64,000 bases of DNA. Source: an uncultured bacterium. GTDB taxonomy: Bacteria; Armatimonadota; Abditibacteriia; Abditibacteriales; Abditibacteriaceae. Location of the stretch: assembly GCA_963843795.1 (NCBI GenBank), contig CAWJLW010000006.1, positions 1,240,001 through 1,304,000 of the forward strand, given 5' to 3'. This document shows, one piece after another, positions 1 through 10,600 of this stretch; within the stretch, counting starts at the first letter, position 1, and each line of letters starts with the position of its first letter. Below the pieces are notes generated by a model. The model did not search any database. It saw only the letters and a list, made by a program, of their open reading frames with translations, and had not been told where the DNA came from. The position numbers and the translations under genes were made by a program.

Positions 1-588
1 GTCGGCATTCCAAAAGATCAGCGCCTTGCCATGTCGGAGGCACCGGCTCGCCCCACTCGACCAATCGTCTGGTATGGGCACTCCATTACACAGGGAGGCT
101 GCGCTTCGCGACCGGGAATGGCGTGCACGAACCTCGTGTCGCGCGCTTTGGATCGAGAGATCATCAACCTGGGGTTCAGCGGCAGTGGGACGATGGATGA
201 AGGAATGGCTGGCGTGCTCGCCGAGCTGGACCCGGCAGTCTTCGTGCTCGACTGCGGCGCGAACATGACCGCTGAGCAAATCACTGCCCGCGTCGGACCG
301 TTCGTCCGGATCCTTAGAGCCGCGCATCCCGATACGCCGATCCTGCTGGTCGAGGAGTACCATTATCTGAATCTGAAGACGCTCAAGGGCGAGTTGCAGA
401 AGCAGGAGTACGATAAGCTGAAGGCAGCAGGCGACACTGACCTCCACTGGCTGCCCGCGGCTGGGATGCTGGGCGAAGACGGCGACGGAACCGTTGACGG
501 TGTTCATCCCAACGACGTGGGGATGGTGCGGCAGGCCAAGACCTTTGGCAACGCCCTATCGGAGATCCTGAAATCCGGCACGAAGTGA
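1..588 (+). CDS. SGNH/GDSL-family hydrolase (5'-truncated by window edge)
   Basis: Frame is open from base 1; motifs YGHSITQG, NLGFSG and DGVHP match SGNH blocks I, II and V. Confidence 0.8.
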   Translation, partial: VGIPKDQRLAMSEAPARPTRPIVWYGHSITQGGCASRPGMACTNLVSRALDREIINLGFSGSGTMDEGMAGVLAELDPAVFVLDCGANMTAEQITARVGPFVRILRAAHPDTPILLVEEYHYLNLKTLKGELQKQEYDKLKAAGDTDLHWLPAAGMLGEDGDGTVDGVHPNDVGMVRQAKTFGNALSEILKSGTK

Positions 589-609
589 TGATGTAGAGGC
601 GGGCGCAGT

Positions 610-1205
610 CGTGCACGCCGAATTGTGTCAACTACGGATTCTCGCCATAACATTCTGGTGCGGCGATATCACCTATCTGCCGACTGCCAGCGGCGGGGTT
701 TACTGGGCAATGATGAAAGACGTGTTCTCACGGCGCATTGTTGGCTAGATAGTCGATGACAACTTGGAAGCAACCAGTGTTGCTTCTGCATGGCAAAGTG
801 CTTTGGAAATACGTGGTTTTGGCACAGGTGAAGGGCCTGAACTTTACCACAGTGATCGCGGCAGTCGATACTGTGGCGGATTGTTCCAGAGCTACTCAAA
901 TATTCCGGCACGCTGCCCAGCCTGAGCGGCAAAGCAGAGAGCTTAGATAACGCCGTAGCAGAAAGTGTTTTGGCACCTTGAAAGCTGAAGTGCTGGCCGA
1001 TTAGCCCAGCAGTTGCTCTGCCAGCAAAATGGTGGCGGTGTTGCTGGTGGCGTTATTGGCGGGTGACTATATCGACAACTTTTACAACTCGATTCGCAAG
1101 CGTTCTGCGTTGGGCAACAAATGCCCAATTGCTTTTGAGTTGGCGTATCAGATCTATACACAATAGCTCTTATCTTGCTGCCCGCTTTTTGGGGTAGGGT
1201 TGGGT
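610..1205 (+). mobile_element. Degenerate IS3-family transposase (integrase core) remnant
   Basis: Manual translation across broken frames gives TTDSRHN, DITYLPT..YWAMMKDVFSRRIVG*, HSDRGSRYC, DNAVAES..LKAE and YIDNFYN; multiple stops and frameshifts; boundaries approximate. Confidence 0.8.
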
Positions 1206-1250
1206 CTCGCACTCCACCAGAGCGAAGAAGAGCGTCATTCTGATTTGTGT

Positions 1251-3621
1251 TTAGCGCGCCTTGACTTCAAATGAGCGCCTTTGCTCCAGGCGCAGGAAGC
1301 TGATTTGATCCCAACGCACACCCAGCGCACCGTCGGCACGTTTCCGTAATTTTAAATTCGGCGTCGCAACCCGCCATATTCCGTTTGACAAAGAAATCCA
1401 GCAAATTTCATGGCTCCTGTTTCTTCCGGGCATTGGCTGCGCCGTAATCTCAATCACGCTGAAACCGCCACTCGCCCGCCGAACCAGAACGTGCAGAACT
1501 TGATCGTGCCAGCCGATGCGATCAATGGAAAATTCCGGCCAATCCTGCGGCAAGCGTGGATCAAGCGAGAACCCGTCGCCCCGTGGTTTGAAGCCCATGA
1601 ATCCATCGATTAAGACTTGAGAAACTAAAACGCTTTCCTTGAATTCGTTGTCCAAGCCCAATCCACCAGCCTCTCCTCCTCCTTGCAAAGTCGCTCCGCC
1701 AGGGTGAGAGGCGTAAAAAGCGCGATAACCACCTGCCTCAGTGACTTCACCAAACCACTTGGCGATTTCTTTTAAGCGCCTCCAAGCGTCATCTGGGCCC
1801 TTGGTCTGGAGGCGCGCCATAAGATCGTGGTAGGAAAACGCCAACACCGCGCCTCCGTCTTGTACTTGATTGCCCCAGAGAGTGTTCTCAGGCTTGCCCC
1901 ACCAGAAGGTATAATAGTCGAGATTGCGCTTGGTCGTGGAGCGTGGCCCAAAACGCCAATGATAAATGTCGGCACCCTGTGATGTGTCGCCTGCCACGAT
2001 GCGCTGGCCATTCAGCCATTTCATAATCTGCTGCGCGTGAGTTTCGCTGGCCAGACCGTAATGGATGGCTTCGAGATTAACGAAAGTGAAGCCGTAATCG
2101 TAGGCTTTCCCCTTGTCGTCGATATTGGCAATAAAGCGCCCGGTCTGGGGATTCCAAAACAGTTGGTTGCTGATGCGTTTCACATGGGCCGCGTGTTTTT
2201 CCAGTGCGCGGATATCGAAACGCGCCTGGGCAGGAATTTTCCACTCGGGGTGAAGAACAATCTGGCGTTCGATGTCGATCATACGTTGCAGTGCGCCGTA
2301 ATACAAGATTGTCGCATAGGCGTCTTTGCCACCAAAGGGCAGCAAATCCCAGTAGTTGCTGCCTACACCGCGCCCCGCAAGTAACTTGCGCGGGACTAGC
2401 GCCGTTTCGCTCCAGGCCGCTTCCCCCCTCGTGACCCACCCAGTTCGTAGTGACATATCCGTTTTTCAGAGTGCCATACTCGTTTTGCATGAAGCGCAAG
2501 GCGCGGCGCATGCGCACCGCGTTTTCGCGCAAGAACGGGATGTCACCCGACCAGCCCAGATAGGTGGCGCAACCCATGATAAACGCCTGGTTATTGACAT
2601 TTTGGCGCGTGTCATACGATGAAACCAGCGCCTGCAAAACAGCACTTGCACCTGCATTCCGATTCCCGAAACCAATCCGTAACTGGCGAATATCACCCTT
2701 CCACGCCGGATGCTTCCACATCGCGATTGGTTCATAAGCGATGGCGTCATCTTCCAGAGCCTCCCTGCGCACTCGCGTGCCGTGATGGTGAAGCCGCACT
2801 TCGCCGGTCTCGGCAGTCGGGAAAGAGACGCGGCGCGTTTCGCTCCAATTCGGCTGGGCGGACGTTGTCCATTCGATGTATGGTTTCGCGTTGTTCAAAC
2901 TTTTCGAGTGCCAGAGCACCAGCAAAAACGGCATCTGAAACGCCTTCATTTCCTTAACTGGCGAGGTCACAAACGCGTCCGGCGCGTTCAGATTCAGATG
3001 CCAGCCGTCCTGTTCAACGCTGTGGTGGCCGATGCCATGCAACTCCCACCCCTCTGGCGTCGAAAGCGCGTCATAGCGATAAGGCGGGCCAATGGTTCCC
3101 TGAAAGGAAAAATGCCACTGCGCGCCACCTGCACCCCAGTATCCGGGCGGAAGCGGCCAACCCAGTGGGTGGGCCATCGAGATGTGTTGGTGAGTGCCGA
3201 CATATCCCTCGTCGCTCATGATGCGGGTGCTCAGTTGTTGTCTCCAACGCAGACGAGTCGCAGCATGGCCCGTCAGCCCCGTCGTGTCCGCTATGTTGGG
3301 TGGATTCGGCCCGGGAGCGAGCGGCGGAACAGCATCTTGAACAGTATCTTGAAGCGTAGCGGGCCATAACGCACCGCTCGCGAGCCAATCATCATACAAA
3401 GTTGGTGTCAAAGCTCGCGCTGCGGAAGGATAATGCAGCCAAAACAGATTTCGTATCGCGTCCATTTCCCTGTCAAAACCAGGCGCATGAAAGGTGGGGA
3501 AATCGGCAGGCACAGGTGGTGAAGGTGAAACGAGAGTCGAGCTTTGATCCCAAGCTGGCACTATAGAAACGGCAGCGAGCACGGCCAGAATGCCCCATTG
3601 GAAGCGCAGTGGAGTTTTCAT
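1251..3621 (-). pseudogene. Secreted (alpha/alpha)6-barrel glycoside hydrolase-like protein split by a 1-bp insertion at ~2383
   Basis: ORFs 2077..3864 and 1251..2456 join as ...GASPAQV|LAGRGVGSNYWDLLPFGG if one base is removed; signal-peptide-like MKTPLRFQWGILAVLAAV starts at 3621; NYWD, AYATILYYGAL and FWNPQTGRF motifs; may be an assembly error. Confidence 0.6.
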
Positions 3622-3987
3622 ACTTGTGTCGGAAAGTTGAATGAACGTTTGCCTTTCTCGCAGTTTTTCATAATTCCTTCGCTCGATTCCCCTGCGTTGC
3701 CGCTCGCGTCGGGCTTGGGCGCGCTGTTGGGCGTTGGGTTCAAAGACCGAATTCACCAAAGTATGGGCGCTCTTCATGCGTTCGGCCACCACTTCCTCTG
3801 CGCTCGCGCTGCGTTGGGCCCAGATCTGTGCTTCGTCGGCTCCAATAGAAAACCTGCGACTCATGAAAACGCCGATTTCCTAGCACGCCCGCGTTCCCTG
3901 AATGCAGCTTTCGAGGGCGGCGATTGCCATCTGCTCGCACTGGGTGCGGAATGCTGTGGTGGTAGATATTGTTGGCTTATTGTAATT

Positions 3988-4071
3988 AACCTAACAATAG
4001 GTATTTTGCAAAAATAGGACACGCTCCGTGGAAGTTTAGAGAAAAATTTTGATAAAACCTAACAATAGGTA
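3988..4071. promoter_or_regulatory. Two identical 16-bp boxes AACCTAACAATAGGTA (3988-4003, 4056-4071), each with dyad ACCTA-N4-TAGGT; putative operators
   Basis: Exact direct repeat read from the sequence in AT-rich intergenic DNA, directly upstream of the ATG at 4074. Confidence 0.55.
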
Positions 4072-4073
4072 AA

Positions 4074-4358
4074 ATGGAATTAATGAACGAGAGAAAACAG
4101 AAACCAGTGCTGCCAGAGCTGGTGGTATCCGAACTGGTGGTGTCCGATGCAGCGCGCCGGTTGGGGCAGGTTCGCACCGAAGCTAAGGCTGCTGCGTCGC
4201 GCAAAAATGGCAAGGCGGGCGGTCGTCCCGTCGGTAGCGTCAAGCCACTGTCTGAAATCGCCTGCACCTGCGGGAGGGAATCCGCGCCGCACCAATCGGG
4301 TTGTGCGGTCTCACGCGCCATCCGTTATCGCAAAACGAAGGGTTTGCCGCTCGTTTGA
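4074..4358 (+). CDS. Small basic hypothetical protein, possibly nucleic-acid binding
   Basis: 94 aa; EAKAAASRKNGKAGGRP basic motif followed by C-x-C-x6-H-x3-C. Confidence 0.5.
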   Translation: MELMNERKQKPVLPELVVSELVVSDAARRLGQVRTEAKAAASRKNGKAGGRPVGSVKPLSEIACTCGRESAPHQSGCAVSRAIRYRKTKGLPLV

Positions 4359-4762
4359 GGACGTAGCTGTAAACGCTTGCAAGTACTTGCGGGGTCAGAA
4401 TATGAGCGACCAATTCAGAGAGGAAAAGAAAACCACGTCCGCCGATTTCGTGAATCATATCGTTGTAGAAGGTGAGCCGTGTCCGCGCGGTATGGGAGCT
4501 CTGCAAGTACTTGCAGAGCGCTTTTTGATTTAAAAACTACTCGGATTAGGCTCTAAGCGTCTGAGACGGGGGCTTGCTCGAAATCTTTGCTGAGACAACA
4601 AAGCTTCCCTGTGCGCACCTCATCGACGTTATTCACCCATTGTTAATAATTTTAACGTTTTGGCAAATATGGTGTGTATACAAATGTATCGTGTTACGCA
4701 CTGGAAGAGAACTTCTAAAGCGTGCTCATATAATTCCACTACTTTGCTTGAAGTCAAGATTT

Positions 4763-7700
4763 ATGATCAAACCAAACTGCATTACAACATTCGCGTGCAC
4801 ATTATTAATCAGTGTGTTGCTGGGATTGAACAGCACAGCCCGAGCAGCGCTGTTGACTTGGACAGGCGACCAGTCGAGCGATGTGCTGAATGCGAATAAC
4901 TGGAGTCCAGTTCAAGTGCCGACCGAAGCGGACAGTCTCGTGATTAAAGGTAAAGCCGTCATCCTCAATTCCGACCTCACCGTCAGCGGGCTAGACATCT
5001 CGGGCGCAGGTGGCCTGCTTTCAGGTAGCGGCAATCTTTCTCTCACTTCGAGTTTCACAATCAGAGATGCTACAGTCAGTGGCACAGGTATTCTTACCCT
5101 CGGCTCAGGGTGTGTGAGTGATGTGCATGATCCCCATTTCGATCGCGTTGTCTACAACAATGGCCAAATGATTTGGAGCGGCAGCAATATTGACTTAAGC
5201 AAGAACTTTTACAATCAATTCGGCGCCCGTTTCAACATTCAAACAGATGGGCGCATTGAATCGAAGGTAAGCCCAATGCCGAGCTTTATCAATGCAGGGG
5301 AGTTCACCAAATCTGGTGCGAATGGCCAGACTGATGTGCGGGTTACCATGGAGAATAGTGGCGTTATTCGCTTCACTTCCGGTACCCTGAAGCTTCCTCC
5401 CGACTTTCGACAGACCGGTGGGCTTTTCGATATTACTGGCGATGTCAGCGGTTCAGCAGACTTCCCGTTGCTTATTTCTGGCGGTGTTTTAGTTGGAACA
5501 GGTAAGATTCAGGGCGATGTGATCAATGACGGTGGTGTGGTCGCAGCCGGGTATTCTCCTGGCAGCATTACTATCAACGGCAATTACACGCAAACTAGCA
5601 ACAGCACTTTGAACATGGAGATTGGTGGCACCAGTCCGGGCACCGGTTACGATCAGCTTGTGATCAACGGTTCGGCTTCTCTGGCTGGAACCATCAACCT
5701 TATCTCGTATAACAACTACCTCCCTCCCGTGGGCGCCAGTTTTAAGCTCATCACCTACTATTCGGTCGCTGGCTCCTTCAATACAATCAACGGTCTTACT
5801 CCCAGCAACGACCGCCGCTACAACGTCACTCAGGCACCCACCTATTTCCTGGCCAGTGTTGTGGCCTCCGAGGTGGCTTCGGCGGCTCCCGTAATCGGCC
5901 CCATTAGTGATCACAGCATCGATGAGGATACCGCGACGGGAGCTATCGCGTTCACGGTTAATGATAGCGACACCGATCCCAACACACTGACAGTTACCGC
6001 CACATCTTCGAATTCGGCTCTGGTGCCCGCTTCCGGTATCGTCTTAAGCGGCAGCGGCATCAGCCGCGTGATCTCCCTCATTCCCGCGGCCAACAAATAT
6101 GGTCGTGCGACCATCACGGTGCAGGCCAATGATGGCACCAGCACTTCAAGCGCTTCTTTTGTCTTGCAGGTTCTGCCCGTCAACGATGCGCCAGTGGCTG
6201 ATAACGACAGCGCAAGCACCAACGAAGATACGCTTCTGGATGTGACTGTCTTGGCCAACGACACCGATGTGGATGGTGATACCCTGCGCGTGGTGCGCGT
6301 GGCAACAGCGGCGAGCACCCATGGCAGCGTAAGCATCAACCCCGACGGCAAACTGCGTTTCATACCCGCAGCCAACTACAACGGCCCCAGCACATGGAGC
6401 TATACCATCAGCGATGGAGCCGTAGAAGCCACCGCTACGGTGACGGTGCAAGTACTTGCGGTGAACGATGCGCCCGTAGCGCACAGCCAAAGCATCCAAA
6501 CCGCAGCGGATACAGCGGTTTCTCTGGTGCTGAGTGCCAGTGACGTGGACGGCAACCCGCTTTCTTTCGAAATTGTCACTCCGCCATCTCATGGTAGCCT
6601 GTCGGGAACTGCTCCTAACCTGCGCTACACGCCGGCTGCCGGCTTCAGTGGAAGTGACTCGTTCTCCTTCCGCGCCAACGATGGCACCGCGCTCTCGGCT
6701 GTAGCCACCGTGACGCTGCAAGTCGCAGCCAAGCCCACACCAGTTCCGCCAACACCAGTTCCGCCGACACCAGTTCCGCCGACACCAGTTCCGCCGACAC
6801 CAGTTCCGCCGACACCGGAACCGCCTGTTACAGAACCGCCAACGCCAGTGCCGCCGACACCATCGCCGGATCACATCGCGCCCACCGCGAATTTCACAAC
6901 GCCGACGCACGGCGCGATTCTCAGCGCGCTGCCGCTTTTGCGTGGCCAGATGAGAGATAACGAAGGCGGTAGTGGTATAGCGGGCGTGCAAGTGGCAATT
7001 CAGCGCTTCGATGGCAAAACATGGTCGGGCAACAGTTGGGAAAGTAGCATTCAGCGCTTGCCGGGGCTAACCAGTGGCAGCAGCTGGGGCTTCAACAATG
7101 TGCCGCGCGCAGCGGATTTGGTCGATGGACCCTATCGCATGGCGGTTTGGCCTATTGACAACGCGGGCAACAAAGGCTTCACCCTGATTTCATTCCGCAT
7201 CGACGCCACAGCGCCACAATTGATGTGGGCCGCCCCGACGGCCAGCGCCAGCAACGCAGTCGGGCTACAATACGCGGTGCGCGCCAAAGATGCGGGCGGC
7301 ATGACCAGTGTAGAAATTTCGATTCAGCGCGGCAAAGATGGCGCTTATTGGAACGGGAGCGCTTGGCAGAGTGCGCCCGCAGCCCTTAGCACCGCTTTCG
7401 GTGGCGCTTATTGGGTGTTGCGCGCCGGTGCACCGCCGGCAATGGCGATGGACGCGGGCCGATACCAGTTAACGGCGACTGCTATCGATCACGCCGGTAA
7501 CAAAGCCATCGCGCGCCAACTCTTGACCTTGAGCGGCGCGGGCGGTTCGGCCACGACTTCCGCGGTGAGATTGTCGCGGGCAGCCGCGCGCGTTGCAGAC
7601 AACGCCATCGACCTATTCTTCACCGGGCCGCTGCAAATCGCCTCCTTGCGCGATGATGCAGAATTCAAAATACACATCAACGGAGCTGAAGTCGAAGTCG

Positions 7701-7864
7701 TGGAGAAATCGTATACAGCAGCGGGCAACCAGCTAACGCTGAGTTTGAGCGGTGGCGTCTTGGTGACAGGAGCGCGTGTCGAAGTGGTATGGGGCGGAAT
7801 CCGCGACGCCCAGGGTGCACCCTTAGCCTCGGGACAAGGAGCGTTTACGGCTGCTGCATCATAA
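4763..7864 (+). CDS. Large secreted/surface protein: autotransporter-like beta-strand region, tandem cadherin-like/Ig repeats, Pro-Thr linker, C-terminal Ig-like domains
   Basis: Signal peptide ending ARA-A; GYSPGSITINGNYTQ..LNMEIGG..YDQL; repeated VNDAPVA..EDT..DxDGD/N motifs; start chosen at MIKPN (4763). Confidence 0.75.
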   Translation: MIKPNCITTFACTLLISVLLGLNSTARAALLTWTGDQSSDVLNANNWSPVQVPTEADSLVIKGKAVILNSDLTVSGLDISGAGGLLSGSGNLSLTSSFTIRDATVSGTGILTLGSGCVSDVHDPHFDRVVYNNGQMIWSGSNIDLSKNFYNQFGARFNIQTDGRIESKVSPMPSFINAGEFTKSGANGQTDVRVTMENSGVIRFTSGTLKLPPDFRQTGGLFDITGDVSGSADFPLLISGGVLVGTGKIQGDVINDGGVVAAGYSPGSITINGNYTQTSNSTLNMEIGGTSPGTGYDQLVINGSASLAGTINLISYNNYLPPVGASFKLITYYSVAGSFNTINGLTPSNDRRYNVTQAPTYFLASVVASEVASAAPVIGPISDHSIDEDTATGAIAFTVNDSDTDPNTLTVTATSSNSALVPASGIVLSGSGISRVISLIPAANKYGRATITVQANDGTSTSSASFVLQVLPVNDAPVADNDSASTNEDTLLDVTVLANDTDVDGDTLRVVRVATAASTHGSVSINPDGKLRFIPAANYNGPSTWSYTISDGAVEATATVTVQVLAVNDAPVAHSQSIQTAADTAVSLVLSASDVDGNPLSFEIVTPPSHGSLSGTAPNLRYTPAAGFSGSDSFSFRANDGTALSAVATVTLQVAAKPTPVPPTPVPPTPVPPTPVPPTPVPPTPEPPVTEPPTPVPPTPSPDHIAPTANFTTPTHGAILSALPLLRGQMRDNEGGSGIAGVQVAIQRFDGKTWSGNSWESSIQRLPGLTSGSSWGFNNVPRAADLVDGPYRMAVWPIDNAGNKGFTLISFRIDATAPQLMWAAPTASASNAVGLQYAVRAKDAGGMTSVEISIQRGKDGAYWNGSAWQSAPAALSTAFGGAYWVLRAGAPPAMAMDAGRYQLTATAIDHAGNKAIARQLLTLSGAGGSATTSAVRLSRAAARVADNAIDLFFTGPLQIASLRDDAEFKIHINGAEVEVVEKSYTAAGNQLTLSLSGGVLVTGARVEVVWGGIRDAQGAPLASGQGAFTAAAS
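6734..6866 (+). repeat. 15-bp tandem repeat encoding a (PTPVP)n linker
   Basis: Repeated CCGACACCAGTTCCG-like units within the CDS. Confidence 0.9.
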
Positions 7865-7956
7865 TGGGTATGATTTGAAAGGGCGCCCTATCGAGTAAAT
7901 ACTCAATAAAATGGAGTGCGCCCCTGGCAGCTTATCTTGAACAGCCAGCATAGATA

Positions 7957-8418
7957 TGACCTGAATCTCAAGTTCATTCCATTTGAAATACGAGCTTCTG
8001 AGTTTGATTTTGGGCCCGGCTTACGGGCGATAAGTTGTTCAAGCTTGAGTGTGGCCTGAGCGTGTTGAAGTCGTAACGCCAGTTTGCGATGATGTCTCTG
8101 GCACTTTGCAAATCAGTGAACCATTCAAGGTTCAACATTCGTGCCCATAAGGCGCTTACGCATTTTGCCATTGAAAGATTCAATGACACCGTTCTGGGTT
8201 GGCTTATTTTTGCCATCACTCCCTTGAGGGAGGCGACATCAAGCCTCGCCAACAGTTTTTTAAGACGGGCGTTCTCCTGCTCCAGTTGGCGCAGACGCGT
8301 CGCCTCGTGCATCTGCCCAAGGGCACCTGATGCCGCCGAATTTGCTTTTTCTGCGGTCGGGTGTCCGTTGGGTGGATGCCTTACTCGCTCTTGGAAAATC
8401 CATTCCCAACAAGTTACA
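7957..8418 (-). mobile_element. Internally deleted IS3-family remnant
   Basis: OrfA-like EATRLRQLEQENARLKKLLA fused to OrfB C-terminus LNLEWFTDLQSARDIIANWRYDFNTLRPHSSL; catalytic core missing; ends approximate. Confidence 0.75.
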
Positions 8419-8440
8419 CTCACTCAAATTAAGTTCAGAA

Positions 8441-8965
8441 ATGAGAATGGCGACCAAAAAGAACCGAGAAATTATAGAAACTAAAAAGCCGCGCAAGACT
8501 AAAGCGGATGGAACATGGGGACAGTATCCCAAGAGCATTTCTCGCATCGAAACGCTCAAGCATAGCGCTTGGTATGTGCGGATTTTCTATCAGGGCGCGT
8601 ATGTACGCAAGACGTTTGCGGATACAATTTATGGCGGCAAAGAGAACGCTTTGACCGAAGCTGTGGCGTGGCGCGATGAGATGGAGAAAGCAATGGGCAA
8701 GCCACGCACGGATCGTTCGGTGCGCAAAAAGAACTTGGCCGAGGACGAATTTGCGGGCATTCATCGTCGCACTTTGAAAGCCAAAAATCGTGAGGGCAAA
8801 GAATATGAACGCGATGTGTATGAAATTACCTGGTCGCCCACGCCCGGCAAAGTGTCGCGCACAACGGTTTCAGTGACCAAGCATGGTGAAGAAAAAGCCT
8901 TGGAAATGGCGAAGGAAATTCGACGTGAAAAAGAACGCGAACTGTTTGGTAAAGAGATTACTTGA
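8441..8965 (+). CDS. Protein with two AP2-like DNA-binding domains
   Basis: Two repeats of the AP2 pattern: AWYVRIFYQG..RKTFAD..YGGKENALTEAVAWRDE and YEITWS..SRTTVSVTKHGEEKALEMAKEIR. Confidence 0.65.
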   Translation: MRMATKKNREIIETKKPRKTKADGTWGQYPKSISRIETLKHSAWYVRIFYQGAYVRKTFADTIYGGKENALTEAVAWRDEMEKAMGKPRTDRSVRKKNLAEDEFAGIHRRTLKAKNREGKEYERDVYEITWSPTPGKVSRTTVSVTKHGEEKALEMAKEIRREKERELFGKEIT

Positions 8966-8968
8966 ACA

Positions 8969-9006
8969 CACAAAAGGCGCTGCAAGTACTTGCAGCGCCT
9001 TTTGTG
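8969..9006. terminator. 38-bp perfect palindrome centred on TGCAAGTACTTGCA
   Basis: CACAAAAGGCGC-TGCAAGTACTTGCA-GCGCCTTTTGTG, just after the stop of the AP2-like gene. Confidence 0.7.
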
Positions 9007-9019
9007 CAAAGGAGGAGTG

Positions 9020-10597
9020 ATGAAATCTATGAGACAATGGTTAATCAGCGCAGTGGCGGTTTTAATGGCCAGCACCATCGGTTGCCATGCTCAGGACGCG
9101 CCCAAGAATGACGTGAACACGGCGCAATATGGCAATCGAGCGCGCATTGGAATTAACATCGCGGGCATCGCGGATTACAGTTCCGAACTGCCGTTTAATG
9201 ATATTTTTAAAACTTCGCGCGCCTGGATTAGCCAGCGCGAAGGTGCAGGTTGGGGGCAGGGGCCGAAACTGACTCTGGACAAAAACGGTTATGTAACGCA
9301 GTTACAAACCGATGCGCGCGCAGAAACGCCGATGTTGACCGATATTGGTGGCCACTTTCCGCAAGGTGAATATTTGCTGACTTATCAGGGCAAAGGCGAC
9401 ATTGACTTTAACAACGTGGCCGGAATTGTGTCGCGTGACGCGGGACGCATTGTATTTAAGCCCAAAGCCGAATCGGGCTTTTTCCTGCGCTTGAATAAGA
9501 TCGATGCTCAGAATCCAATTCGTGAAATTCGCATTCTTTTGCCCGGACAGCACGAAGGCAGAGCGGTTTTTAATCCGACATTTTTGCAACGCATTCAACC
9601 TTTTGGCGCGATTCGTTTTATGGATTGGGGCGCGACCAACGGTAGTCCTTTGGAAAAATGGGCGGATCGTCCACAATTATCGGATGCGAGTTGGAGCGTG
9701 GGCAAAGGTGTGCCAATTGAAAAGATGGTGGAATTGGCCAACGCACAAAAAAGCGGCGCTTGGTTTACGATTCCACATCGCGCCGATGAGGATTTCGTAC
9801 GCCGCATGGCGCAAATGGTGAAAGACACGCTTGATCCAACTTTAAAAATTTATATTGAATATTCCAACGAGGTATGGAACGGTCAGTTTGAACAGGCGCG
9901 TTATGCCTCAGAGCAGGGCAAAAAGTTGGGGTTATCGGACAACGATTTCCAGTCTCAACTGCGCTTTTATTCTCAGCGGTCGGTCGAAATTTATCGCATT
10001 TGGAAGGAAGTTTTCGGCCAGCAGAAAAACCGTTTGGTGTGCGTGATGGGCAGCCAATCGGTCAATCCTTGGGTGAGCGAACAGGTTTTAGGCTGGAAAG
10101 ATGCCTTTAAAGAAGTCGATGCGCTGGCTATCGCGCCGTATTTCGGTGGTCAATTCGGCGATCCTAAACGGCAAACTGAAGTCGCATCGTGGAGCGTCGA
10201 TCAGTTGATGAACAAGTTGGACGACGAAGTGAACGGACAAAATCGGCAAAACATCGCGGACATCGCCGCAGTAGCGAAGAAATTTCGCGTGAAAATGTTC
10301 GCTTACGAAGGCGGTCAGCATTTGGTCGGGCATGGTGGCGCGGAGAATAACCAGAAATTGCAAGATTTGTTCGTCGCGGCCAATCGCGATGCGCGCATGG
10401 AAACGTTATATCGCCAACATTTGACGAATTGGTTTGACCAAGGCGGCGATTTGTATATGGTGTTTTCCAGCGTCGGCGGGCCGAGCAAATGGGGCAGTTG
10501 GGGCGTTTTGGAATATCAAGATCAGCCGATAGAAGACGCACCGAAATATCGCGCCCTTGTTGATTTTGTGAAGAATGCGAAATTGCCTGCTTCGTGA
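9020..10597 (+). CDS. Secreted putative glycoside hydrolase ('cellulose-binding protein'-like family)
   Basis: GGAGGA RBS, signal peptide, motifs RFMDW, YIEYSNEVWN and YEGGQH. Confidence 0.65.
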   Translation: MKSMRQWLISAVAVLMASTIGCHAQDAPKNDVNTAQYGNRARIGINIAGIADYSSELPFNDIFKTSRAWISQREGAGWGQGPKLTLDKNGYVTQLQTDARAETPMLTDIGGHFPQGEYLLTYQGKGDIDFNNVAGIVSRDAGRIVFKPKAESGFFLRLNKIDAQNPIREIRILLPGQHEGRAVFNPTFLQRIQPFGAIRFMDWGATNGSPLEKWADRPQLSDASWSVGKGVPIEKMVELANAQKSGAWFTIPHRADEDFVRRMAQMVKDTLDPTLKIYIEYSNEVWNGQFEQARYASEQGKKLGLSDNDFQSQLRFYSQRSVEIYRIWKEVFGQQKNRLVCVMGSQSVNPWVSEQVLGWKDAFKEVDALAIAPYFGGQFGDPKRQTEVASWSVDQLMNKLDDEVNGQNRQNIADIAAVAKKFRVKMFAYEGGQHLVGHGGAENNQKLQDLFVAANRDARMETLYRQHLTNWFDQGGDLYMVFSSVGGPSKWGSWGVLEYQDQPIEDAPKYRALVDFVKNAKLPAS

Positions 10598-10600
10598 GGT

